Below the pieces are notes generated by a model that ran no database searches, had not been told where the DNA came from, and worked only from the letters and a program-made list of their open reading frames with translations. Positions 34,229 to 43,269 of a stretch of DNA of 64,000 bases are shown here, in pieces. Within the stretch, counting starts at the first letter, position 1. Each line of letters starts with the position of its first letter. The DNA is from a virus. Lineage: Duplodnaviria > Caudoviricetes. The stretch lies in the IMG/VR virus record IMGVR_UViG_3300038525_000015, positions 16,980 through 80,979 of that record; one strand, 5' to 3'. A program made the translations under genes and the position numbers.

Positions 34229-37200
34229 TCACTCCCTCGCGCGAGCCTCCTCGATCCGCTTCCCTGCCCTCTCGGTCAGCCGGCTCTTGATGGCCTGCAA
34301 CCGATCCAGCTCCCGCCGCTTGCGCTCGCCGTCCCAGTCGCTGCGGCGCACCATATCCATGCGGGCATTGATGCCGCTGAGTTGCTTCTGCACCTCAGCC
34401 AGCGGTTTACGCATTGCCAGCACCTGCCGCTTCTCCTGAACCAACTCCCTCGCTTCATCCTTACGCCCCAGCTCCTGGAGACGCTTCGCGTCGGCATACA
34501 CCCGCCCGGATTCTTTCAGGCCTTCATAGAACAGCGTGCTGTAGCGGTCATACGGCGCCGGCGCGCCCAGGTCGCGGTAGAACCGCCGGATCGGCTGGTA
34601 CTCGTGCCAATGCTTCGCCGGCTCGCTCTCGCCGCCCGCTGCGCGCCAGACCGTATCAGTGATGCCGGCGCCCCAAGCGCCAACCTGACCGAGGTAGCCC
34701 CTGATCAGGTGATCGGCCTGCAGCGACGAGAGTGCGAATTCTTCGCCCAGCACTGCGGTGGCCGAGGAAATCGCTTTCGCCGGCGCAGTGCTGCTCGCTC
34801 GATCGCGCAGGGTTGGGCTCACTTTCTCCATCCCGGCGCTCTCGATAGGCCGGCCGGTGAAAGCATCCCTGTTCGAGTACACATCCAGCGCTGGCTGGAA
34901 CATCTGCGGCACCGGACTGAAGCTGAACGTTTGGGTGAGCATCGCCCACAGCCGCTCGCGAAACAGCTTGCCGCTGGCCTTGTCGTCGACTGCCTGTTCA
35001 GCCAGACGCTCCACCAGCGTGGAAATGGCACCCACCTCGAACGGCTTGGGCAGGAAGAAGGCGTTATCCCCGACGCGGAAGAACCAGAAGCTGTCCTTCT
35101 GCCAGTCCTCGAGCTTGCGGTACTCCTCGTCGTCATGGTTCGCCAGGAAAAGCGCCAAGCTGGCCAGCGCCAGCGCACCGGTCACCGCGGCGAACCGGGC
35201 GGCCGCCACCTTGTCGCTGTTGGTGCCCTTGCCGAAGGCAACCTTGACCGCCGGCTTGAAGCCCGAGCGATACAGTTTGTCGAGGCCCTGCAGGCGAGCA
35301 TTTAGAAATGGCACAACGCGAATCAGGAAGCGCACCGCCGGCCAGGCGCCTTCCTGGCTGAAGTCCATCAGATCGCGCGCCTCGTAGGCGGCGCGCAGCG
35401 CACCCTTGTCCTTGTTCTGCAGGAAAGCCGCCGCCCGATTGGCGTTTTCGGCGGTGTTAGCCGCCTCGTTGTAGGCGTCCCAGCCGGCCACCAGCAGCTT
35501 CGGCACCAGGGCGGGAGCGTCCAGCAGCTTCGCGCCGCGCAGGGAGCGCTTGAGCCCGGCCTTCACCTCCTCGGGATCCGCACCGTAGATATGCCCGAAG
35601 CTGAATGCACCACCACTGGCCAGCATCTGCGCCCTGGTCTTCTGATCGCGGAAGGACTTCAGGCCCTGAAACATGTTCGCTGGCACGTTCTTGCTCACCG
35701 GCGTGGTGGCGGCGGCCTGCATCGAGTCGCGCAGGAAGTTGGCGATGATGAACTGCGGCGTGATGGTGGTCATGTTGGTGAACACCCGCTTGAACTTGGC
35801 CATGGTGCGCACGGCGAAGTTGTTGAGCCCCGGGTCGGCCAGCGAGCTCAACGCCTCGAACACCAGGGCATCGTCCACCTCGTACCAGACCTTATCGCCC
35901 TTCTCCAGAACGAAGGTGCTGGTCTTGGGATCGCGTGCTGCCTCTGGGACCTTCCGCGCAATCTGCAGGCGCTCAGCGTTGGCGATGGTTTGCGCCGCGG
36001 CCTGGTTCTTCAGGCTGGCCGTCAGCAGGTGGTGGAAGTTCATCAGGGTGTTTTCCAGCAGGTCATTCAGATTCTGCTTCCCGCCCTTGAGCTTCTTGTA
36101 CGCCTCCTGCCGACTCAGCCCCTTGGACGAAACCGGGCCCTTCGCCTTGGCCTCTTCATCCATGACCCGATAGAACGGGACGTAGAACTCGTCCCGCCAC
36201 ATGGCACGGTTCTCGGAGCTGATAATGCCGGTCTGCTCAGCAATGGCCAGCACGTCGTCGCGGTACTGCTGGAACTCCTTGAAGACCTCATCGTAAAGCG
36301 ATGCACGGGTGCGGCCGTCTTCAGTGACACCCCTGTTGATCCCTTTCAGCGCCTCGATGTCCTGGGCGGTGAACAGGTTTTCCCTGCCCTCTGCCGCGAG
36401 CTTGGCCGCCCGATTGCCGGCCACCCAGCCGAAGAAGCGCTCGATTTCCTTCGCATCCCCAAGCCGGCCCAGCACTTCACCCAGACCCATACTGCCGTCT
36501 TCGCGCATGCCGATCACTTTCTGCTGCGGATCGAGGACGATGCGGCCGTTGTGCATCATGGCGTTGAGCGCACCGGCGGCCGCCGGCGCCATGCGGGCCA
36601 GTACCCAGGCGCTGCTGGTGATCGAAGTGTCGAGGAAGTCGAGGCCGTGAGCCTTCTCGTCGAGTTCCTTCAAGGCGGCGTAGCGATCGACCAGGCCCTG
36701 GCGGATCTTGGTCATAGCGCGGTCGGCGCGCTCGCGGAACCAGAGCGTTGCGCGCTGGCGAGCAGTCGGGGGAGCGATCTTGCCCAGCGCATCGCGCTCG
36801 GCCTGGCTGAGATCGGCGAAAGCTTCGGAAACGTGGGGGCGCGTCGACCGCAGCGAGTAGCGGGTGTCTTCGGAGGGGTCTACAGGTGCTTCAGTTCCGG
36901 ATCGATCGCCAGTTGCTGCTTGGCCCACTCGGAAGAGGCCTTCATCTCGCGCCGCAGAGATTCGATCTCGGATTTCGTCAGGCGATAGTTGCCCTTTGTC
37001 GAACGTGAGGAGGGTTCGAGCTTCGGACTGGGTGAGCCCTTCGAAGCCATAACCGAAGGTTTCACGCCACCAGGGTTCGATATCGCTGTACTTGCCACGG
37101 ACTTGCGCCAAGGTGTCGGGATCAATCGCAAGTTTCCGTGAGTAGTTCTTGCCGGTCAAGGCAAGCGCTGCCAGCACCTGGCCGCCGTTGTCCTCGATGT

Positions 37201-40200
37201 GCGTCTTCAACTGCGCCAGAGTTCCACCCTGGGTCAGGGTGTCGTCGAGGAGCAGGTACTCAGCGGCGACCACGCCACCATCGAAGGTCGGCTGATTGGC
37301 AATGCGCTCCAGAGCATTTGACTGGGTCCGACCAACCTTCTGCGCCTGCATCACATTGGTGTCGGTCTCCAAGCCCAGGCGCTGCGCCAGCACCTCGGCA
37401 GCCATCAGCGGAATCCGATTGTCCCCCGCACCCTCGCGCGCCAGCACCGGCACGATGCGCGGCAAGCTGCCCTCCGGAATCAGCGCTCGCACCCGCTCGA
37501 TGAACTCCGGCGTTACAGCATCGCGGGCGACGCGCAGCGCGGCCGCGTCGTCGCCGGCCTTGGCTGCGGCGTAGTCGGGGTGGTTGTTCAGGAAGCTCAG
37601 GGGGTGCGCCAGCACCGTATCGGGGAAATCCGCCGCCCAGCCTCGACGGGAGTAGAGCTGGTCGGAACCAGACAGGTTCGCGCGCTGCGCACGCAGCCAG
37701 TCCCGCGACTGCTCGATCAGGGCCAGCACGTCGGTGTAGGTCCAGTTCACCTGGGGGAACAGCTTGCGCAGCAACTCGCGGATCTTCGACGCCACACGCT
37801 GAAGCACGGTCGGTCGGTCGCCCGACTCGGCCAAGTGGGCAATGATCTCCTCGGCAATCAGCAGGCGCTGCTCCGCTGCGCTCTTGCCTTGGAGCACGGC
37901 GGCGTAGTGCTCGCGGATCTGCGCCACCCGCTGCCGGCCGGTGGTGCGGGCCATCTCGCTGGAATAGATGCGTTCCAGCGTGCCGTCGAGCTGATCACCC
38001 AGCAGGCCGCGAATGCCCTGGTGGCCAACCATCTCGTGCACCGCGGTGCGGATGGCTTCTTCCAGATCCTGCTGGTTGTCGGCGACCAGGTACTGCGCAT
38101 CCGGCCGAAACACACCGCGGACATCATGGGACCGCACACCATCACGCTCAGCGCGGATTCGCACCGACAGAGGCAAGTCGCCAAAGGCCTGCACCACTTG
38201 GATGCTTGCTAGCTCAGGATGCTTATCGATCTCCGTTTGGATTTCCACCGCCGACACCTGGCCACGGCCGTCTAGGCGGTACATTTGGACGCCACTATCC
38301 GTCTCGCGCGTTTCGATGATGCCGAAGAGCTCATCAAACGCAGCACGCACTGAAGGGAGCTCTGCAGCTGTTAGGTAGGGGTAACGATCCGGGTCGCTGT
38401 ATGCCGTCTCCGATACGATATTCGCCAGGTAATCGCTGCTAATACCAGCGTCCTGCAGCTTGGCTATGACATGGCTTTCGAAGGCGCGAGCCGACATTTC
38501 CAGCGCCGTTGACCAGTAATCCTTGCTGCGTGTTGCGTCTAATTGCTCGGAACGCTTCTGCAAGTCTGTCGCCCTGAGCGCACTCATCAGACGACTGAAG
38601 GCTTCGATGAGCTCGGGGCGTACACCCTCACCGCGCTTGTAAGGCCGCTCAGTGAGATAAGCATCCGGCTGACTTCTGGCCCGACTGAGGTAGTTGTCGA
38701 AGGCATGCCACCACTCATGCGCCAGCGAGCCAGCACCGTTCCCCTTGGTCAGGTTAATGACAGTCTCGCCCGACTCGTAATGCGCTTTTGCCGGGTCAGG
38801 CCCACCTCTACCACGCGCACCGAACGCTAAAGCGAGCTCTCCATTGAGCGACAGAGCCTTGGCCGGGATGTTCAAGATGCCGGCCAAATCACTCAGCGCG
38901 TCGAATGCTTCGTTGAGCTCTTGCTGCCGACGGTTGTTTTCAACGTAGTTGCCAAACTGCACACCACGAAAACCGAAGGTCTCGCTGAACAGCTCGGGGG
39001 TAACATCCTGGCCATTCCGGTAGTCGACCCCAACCCGAGGCGCGTTGCCTTCACCTCGGTGCGCGGGCACCTCTTTTAGCGCGTCGTACTGCCTTTCTAG
39101 CGAACTCTGATTTTCGCCCAGATACTTGCGTGCCTCTGCCAAGCTGTCGAACGATCGAAGCCGCGCAACGCGCTTGCCATTTTTTTTCCCAATGAAATAG
39201 CCGCGCTCGCCACGCTGAGAGAACACATCGAAGCGGATGGCGTTGTCGGCTTTTTTCTTCACAGACTCGAGCTTGGCATGTACCTCCGCAAAGGCGTCCA
39301 AGGCTTCCTGCTTGGTGTTACCGGAGGCCAATTCTTGCGGCCAATTACTCAGCGCCGTAGCTTTTGCATCCTTGCTGGCAATCCATTTATTGACGTTTTT
39401 CTCGCCTCGATACATCGAGAAATAGCGCTCGGCGAACGTAATGCCCTTGAGCGAATGCGCATGTCCAAAGCGCTGATACAACTCCACCCGGCCAGCCAGA
39501 CCGCGCAACGCGGGGTGGTCGTCGTAGAGGCTTGAGCGAACCTCTTCGGTGAGTTCGCCGTGATCCAAAATCCGGCGCGTCGCATTGCGCAAAAGATCAA
39601 CCTGGTCAGCCCACCGACTCAGCTTGTATGGATTGCTGGGTTTGGTGGGCACCTCATCTCGGGCAGCATGTGCAAAAGCAACCGCCCAACGGTCACCACC
39701 CTGATCCAGAAGTGCCTGATAGTCCGGTTCAGGCCAAGACTTAGACAGCGGTACCGCTTTCACGTCCGCTTGCATCGCCACGTCGAGCTGCTGCGTATAG
39801 GACGAAAACTTGCGCGCGCCCTCGATTCGCTCTCCGAAGTCGTCGATCTTCTTTGTTGGCTTGGGTGTAGCGGCTGGTTTTTCGGCGACTACCTGCTTGG
39901 CCGGCAGAGTGTGTTCCACTTGGTCGCGCTTGGCGGGAGCGTTGCGCTCCGCGCCCGATGCCAGTTTTTGCTCAGCTGAAGAGCCGGAGGAGGTGTCGCT
40001 TACGCGGTCGGTTGCTGCAGGGCCTGCTTCGCTTGCCGACGAGCCAGGCGCTCCTGCGTCGCTTGCTCGATGCGCGCCTGCAGCTCGTTCTGGCGCCTTT
40101 CCAGCTCCACTGGATCGCTGGTCCCGAAGTGCTCGATCGCTCGTTGGAGCCTGGCTTCCGCTGACATGCTGGGTACCTTTTTTGCTCTGATCCATCGCCC

Positions 40201-43200
40201 TATCGGCGGCGTTCATGACATCCGCAGAAGTGAGGCCTGCTTCGATCGGGGAAACCCCCAGATGCAGCCCCACGCCACGTTTGGACTCGTCGTCAGGATG
40301 CTTCGGGTGGACGATCTTGTCCAGCCCTTCCCGGCGCGTGTAGGCCTTGGCGGCCGCCTGGCCACGCTCCAGGGCCGCCTCGACTGCCGCTCGCTCGCCG
40401 CCAATCACCAGCACGCCGAACTCGTCGCCGCCGGTGCGGAAGCCTTCGACATGGCCGACCGCGCCCAGCTCCTTGCGCACGATGTCCGCCAGCGCCCGGT
40501 AGTGCTTGTTGGCGTCCCGAGCCACGTTGTTGAAATGCGCGTTCAGTCCACCCAGGTTAGCGATGTCGGCGCTCACCCAGTACGCCTCGCCGTCGGTGGC
40601 GGCCACGTACTCGATGGCTCGGCCAATGGCGCGCTCAGTGTCAGTGCTGCCGTCTTCCGCTTCGCGCCGGCCCTCGAACAGTCCGGTGGTGGCATCGATG
40701 GGTGCGGAGAAGCGCGACTTGCTGGCCAGGCGCTCGGCCACGTCCGGGGCCACGCCGTCGGCGATGTACTCGTCGATAACGGCCTGGCGGTAGGAGTCCG
40801 CATAGGGCGTATAGCCAGCAGCCGGCCCCTGCTCGGCGCGCCCTGCCTGGGCGAGATCCTGGGCCGGCTTGGTCAGGTCTCCCTTGAGCCAGCGCTTGAA
40901 CTGCTCGACCGGCATGGCCGTGACCTCGCCCACCTTCCAGTCCGGATCGAAGTTGGAACGGTAGGCCTCCACCGCCGCGGCCTGGTCGGGATAGCCCAGC
41001 ATCACCTTGTGCTCATCGAAGCTGCCATCCTGCTGGTGGAGCTGGTCAACGATGAACACCTGGTCGCTGTCTTCCTGCGGCCCTAGGTACACGTCGACCT
41101 GCTCTTGGTCGGCGCCAACGGTGCGCTTGATGTAGCCGTAGTGATCGCTCATGGTGTGACGCCACTCGGTACCATCCGGGCGCTTGCCGCTGCGCTCGGA
41201 GCCGCGCGGATTCTCAACAGCGATATCCAGGCCGGCGACGCGCACATGCCCCTTGCGGTAGTTGCCGGTCTCAATCTGCGCCGGCGTGGGCGCCGGCAGG
41301 TCGTTGTTCGGGGAGGTGGCCGCCTGATCTGCCTGTTGGTCGATCGGACGTGCCGGACGCAACGGCTGCGGTTCCTGCTGCTTGGGCACTGCAACGGCCC
41401 AGCCATCACCGTGGCGCACGATCTGCGGCTGCTCGCCAGCCTTCGCCGCCTCGCGATACAGGAGGCTCGCGCGCGCATCGCCGCGCCCCTGGAACGGCTT
41501 GCCGTTCTTGCGCAGCCGAATTTCCAGATCCGGCGCGCCGCTGGCGTCAGCAGTTGGAGCGTGCTGGTCCATCCCGCGCCCGCCCGGCAGCGGCCGTTCG
41601 GGATTCGGAGCCACGAACGGCCCGGTCGGCCCCCGCTGAGCATTGCCCTGGCTATCCACCACGATGCTATCCGGGGCGGGCAGTGCCTGGCGCTCCGGTG
41701 CGGCGTCGACCGTGGCAGGCTCCGCGGCTGCGCGCCCAGGTGCCGCCGGCCGACTGCCATACTGGAACTCGCCAGCCAACGGCGCCGGTTCGCCTCGCGG
41801 GGTCGGCTGATCCATACCCGGCCCACCGGGCATGCGCTCCGGATCGTTCTGCGGATTGACCCACTGGCGTGCCTGCAGATCCGGCCGCTGCTCGCCGTCC
41901 ACGTTGCGCACCGGCCCGGTGTCTTGCACGTTGCCTTGGCTGTCGGCATAGAAGACCTTCTCGGGCGCCGGCAGTGCCTGGTGCTCAGGTGCCGGCAAAG
42001 CGCCGGGCTCGGGGGTGTTCTCGAAGGTGGCTTCGGGGGTCGCGAGATCCTGGGCTGCAGCGCTAGCAGGCCTGACGCGCGGCGTGGCCACCGCACCCAG
42101 CCCCCCACCCATAACAGCGCCAGTGGCGAGGCCGCCAAGCCCTGCGTTCAGCACGCCAGCGCCAAGCTTTCGATTCGGGTCGGCGTCCTGCATGGCGTAG
42201 TTCTCTGCCACCTGCTGCCCAATCGACTGCGGCAGCTCTTCCAGCAGGCCTTCGCCAACCGCGCCCTTGGCGATACGCCCGCCGATACCCGCTGTCACCC
42301 TGCCAGTCAGCAGGTTGGCCAGCGCACGGTCGCCCATGCCGCCGAAAACACCCGTGGCCGCGCCAGCTATGAGCAGGCCTTGGGTGGCAGAGTCCTCAGC
42401 CAGTTGCGCCCGCGCTTCCTCCGGCTTAAGCCCCTCTTCCAGCAGCGTCTGAAACGCCTCGGACTGCTGCAGTTGCTCCAGCGGCATGGCGGCGATCTGG
42501 TCGCGCACCTGGCGCGCCGTGTCCGCTCCGCCCAGCAAGCCCTCGGAAACGCCGCCGGCCACGGTCGCCATGCGTGCGGCGGCCTTCGCCGCCACTGCTT
42601 TATCCCCCGTCTTGGCCAGCGCGCGAGCATAGGCGCCCTTGGCCAGCCGGCCCGCCGCGCCCATGGTGATGGCCATCTCCGGCAGCGACTGGATGATGCC
42701 GCTGGCGTAGGCGCGCGGATCAGTCCAGGCCGAGCCGAGCGAACCGGTTTCCTCATCCCACCACAACTTCTGCTGCGCGCCACGCATCTCGGGGGTCAGG
42801 TTCTGCTGGTACTTCTGCTCGTTTTCCCGCAGCAGCGTTTCGGAGTCCTTGCCCGACAGGAAGCGGTCGGCGGCATCACCCGCCGCCAGCAACCCTTCGC
42901 CCACCACCGGGATGCGCCCCACCAGCTCGCGCACGTTCTGCGCCGCGCGGTTGACGCCTGCTGCCAGGAGGTTGCCTGTGTCGGTGAGCAGATTGCCGCT
43001 TTCCGGGGATTCCGCATCAGCCCCAAGGGTCGACCGACCAAGCGTGCTCTGCGTGTCCTGGTCGAACAGCTCGCGGGCACGCGGCTCCATGCCTGCTGGA
43101 ACCCGAGGCATAACCACTTCTTGGAAGTAGAGTTCGCGAGCACGCTCTTGGCGTTCGGGCGCCAGCGCGCGGAATTGCTCGCTGGCAGCCACCTCCGCCC

Positions 43201-43231
43201 AGCGGCGGGGTTGGCGGGTTTCGTTCTGCAT
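34229..43231 (-). CDS. Giant polyvalent virion/ejection protein (3000 aa): InPase-like, GGDEF, LPD5/LPD1-like, zincin metallopeptidase, PRTase-like, LPD38-like domains
   Basis: 'GNYRKGH..YGYI..T.GAD..VDVY..FDEHKVMLG' (~40880-41290); GGDEF at 40418-40432; 'KKIDDFGERIEGARK'; 'GSLAHEWWHAFD'; 'AVHEMVGH'; 'LLLDDTLTQGGTL'; C-terminal 'FFLPKPFEVG'. Confidence 0.92.
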   Translation of the reverse strand: MQNETRQPRRWAEVAASEQFRALAPERQERARELYFQEVVMPRVPAGMEPRARELFDQDTQSTLGRSTLGADAESPESGNLLTDTGNLLAAGVNRAAQNVRELVGRIPVVGEGLLAAGDAADRFLSGKDSETLLRENEQKYQQNLTPEMRGAQQKLWWDEETGSLGSAWTDPRAYASGIIQSLPEMAITMGAAGRLAKGAYARALAKTGDKAVAAKAAARMATVAGGVSEGLLGGADTARQVRDQIAAMPLEQLQQSEAFQTLLEEGLKPEEARAQLAEDSATQGLLIAGAATGVFGGMGDRALANLLTGRVTAGIGGRIAKGAVGEGLLEELPQSIGQQVAENYAMQDADPNRKLGAGVLNAGLGGLATGAVMGGGLGAVATPRVRPASAAAQDLATPEATFENTPEPGALPAPEHQALPAPEKVFYADSQGNVQDTGPVRNVDGEQRPDLQARQWVNPQNDPERMPGGPGMDQPTPRGEPAPLAGEFQYGSRPAAPGRAAAEPATVDAAPERQALPAPDSIVVDSQGNAQRGPTGPFVAPNPERPLPGGRGMDQHAPTADASGAPDLEIRLRKNGKPFQGRGDARASLLYREAAKAGEQPQIVRHGDGWAVAVPKQQEPQPLRPARPIDQQADQAATSPNNDLPAPTPAQIETGNYRKGHVRVAGLDIAVENPRGSERSGKRPDGTEWRHTMSDHYGYIKRTVGADQEQVDVYLGPQEDSDQVFIVDQLHQQDGSFDEHKVMLGYPDQAAAVEAYRSNFDPDWKVGEVTAMPVEQFKRWLKGDLTKPAQDLAQAGRAEQGPAAGYTPYADSYRQAVIDEYIADGVAPDVAERLASKSRFSAPIDATTGLFEGRREAEDGSTDTERAIGRAIEYVAATDGEAYWVSADIANLGGLNAHFNNVARDANKHYRALADIVRKELGAVGHVEGFRTGGDEFGVLVIGGERAAVEAALERGQAAAKAYTRREGLDKIVHPKHPDDESKRGVGLHLGVSPIEAGLTSADVMNAADRAMDQSKKGTQHVSGSQAPTSDRALRDQRSSGAGKAPERAAGAHRASDAGAPGSSASEAGPAATDRVSDTSSGSSAEQKLASGAERNAPAKRDQVEHTLPAKQVVAEKPAATPKPTKKIDDFGERIEGARKFSSYTQQLDVAMQADVKAVPLSKSWPEPDYQALLDQGGDRWAVAFAHAARDEVPTKPSNPYKLSRWADQVDLLRNATRRILDHGELTEEVRSSLYDDHPALRGLAGRVELYQRFGHAHSLKGITFAERYFSMYRGEKNVNKWIASKDAKATALSNWPQELASGNTKQEALDAFAEVHAKLESVKKKADNAIRFDVFSQRGERGYFIGKKNGKRVARLRSFDSLAEARKYLGENQSSLERQYDALKEVPAHRGEGNAPRVGVDYRNGQDVTPELFSETFGFRGVQFGNYVENNRRQQELNEAFDALSDLAGILNIPAKALSLNGELALAFGARGRGGPDPAKAHYESGETVINLTKGNGAGSLAHEWWHAFDNYLSRARSQPDAYLTERPYKRGEGVRPELIEAFSRLMSALRATDLQKRSEQLDATRSKDYWSTALEMSARAFESHVIAKLQDAGISSDYLANIVSETAYSDPDRYPYLTAAELPSVRAAFDELFGIIETRETDSGVQMYRLDGRGQVSAVEIQTEIDKHPELASIQVVQAFGDLPLSVRIRAERDGVRSHDVRGVFRPDAQYLVADNQQDLEEAIRTAVHEMVGHQGIRGLLGDQLDGTLERIYSSEMARTTGRQRVAQIREHYAAVLQGKSAAEQRLLIAEEIIAHLAESGDRPTVLQRVASKIRELLRKLFPQVNWTYTDVLALIEQSRDWLRAQRANLSGSDQLYSRRGWAADFPDTVLAHPLSFLNNHPDYAAAKAGDDAAALRVARDAVTPEFIERVRALIPEGSLPRIVPVLAREGAGDNRIPLMAAEVLAQRLGLETDTNVMQAQKVGRTQSNALERIANQPTFDGGVVAAEYLLLDDTLTQGGTLAQLKTHIEDNGGQVLAALALTGKNYSRKLAIDPDTLAQVRGKYSDIEPWWRETFGYGFEGLTQSEARTLLTFDKGQLSPDEIRDRISAARDEGLFRVGQAATGDRSGTEAPVDPSEDTRYSLRSTRPHVSEAFADLSQAERDALGKIAPPTARQRATLWFRERADRAMTKIRQGLVDRYAALKELDEKAHGLDFLDTSITSSAWVLARMAPAAAGALNAMMHNGRIVLDPQQKVIGMREDGSMGLGEVLGRLGDAKEIERFFGWVAGNRAAKLAAEGRENLFTAQDIEALKGINRGVTEDGRTRASLYDEVFKEFQQYRDDVLAIAEQTGIISSENRAMWRDEFYVPFYRVMDEEAKAKGPVSSKGLSRQEAYKKLKGGKQNLNDLLENTLMNFHHLLTASLKNQAAAQTIANAERLQIARKVPEAARDPKTSTFVLEKGDKVWYEVDDALVFEALSSLADPGLNNFAVRTMAKFKRVFTNMTTITPQFIIANFLRDSMQAAATTPVSKNVPANMFQGLKSFRDQKTRAQMLASGGAFSFGHIYGADPEEVKAGLKRSLRGAKLLDAPALVPKLLVAGWDAYNEAANTAENANRAAAFLQNKDKGALRAAYEARDLMDFSQEGAWPAVRFLIRVVPFLNARLQGLDKLYRSGFKPAVKVAFGKGTNSDKVAAARFAAVTGALALASLALFLANHDDEEYRKLEDWQKDSFWFFRVGDNAFFLPKPFEVGAISTLVERLAEQAVDDKASGKLFRERLWAMLTQTFSFSPVPQMFQPALDVYSNRDAFTGRPIESAGMEKVSPTLRDRASSTAPAKAISSATAVLGEEFALSSLQADHLIRGYLGQVGAWGAGITDTVWRAAGGESEPAKHWHEYQPIRRFYRDLGAPAPYDRYSTLFYEGLKESGRVYADAKRLQELGRKDEARELVQEKRQVLAMRKPLAEVQKQLSGINARMDMVRRSDWDGERKRRELDRLQAIKSRLTERAGKRIEEARARE
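36880..37050 (-). CDS. Putative nested small gene (+1 frame) after PRTase-like domain, 56 aa
   Basis: MASKGSP...YRLTKSEIESLRREMKASSEWAKQQLAIDPELKHL; GC3 bias shifts into this frame. Confidence 0.55.
   Translation of the reverse strand: MASKGSPSPKLEPSSRSTKGNYRLTKSEIESLRREMKASSEWAKQQLAIDPELKHL
40000..40167 (-). CDS. Putative nested small gene (+1 frame) after GGDEF domain, 55 aa (not in ORF track)
   Basis: AAGGT RBS; MSAEARLQRAIEHFGTSDPVELERRQNELQARIEQATQERLARRQAKQALQQPTA; GC3 bias shifts into this frame. Confidence 0.6.
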   Translation of the reverse strand: MSAEARLQRAIEHFGTSDPVELERRQNELQARIEQATQERLARRQAKQALQQPTA

Positions 43232-43269
43232 CGATGCCTCCCGGCAGTGATGATGTGTGGTGCTGAGGC

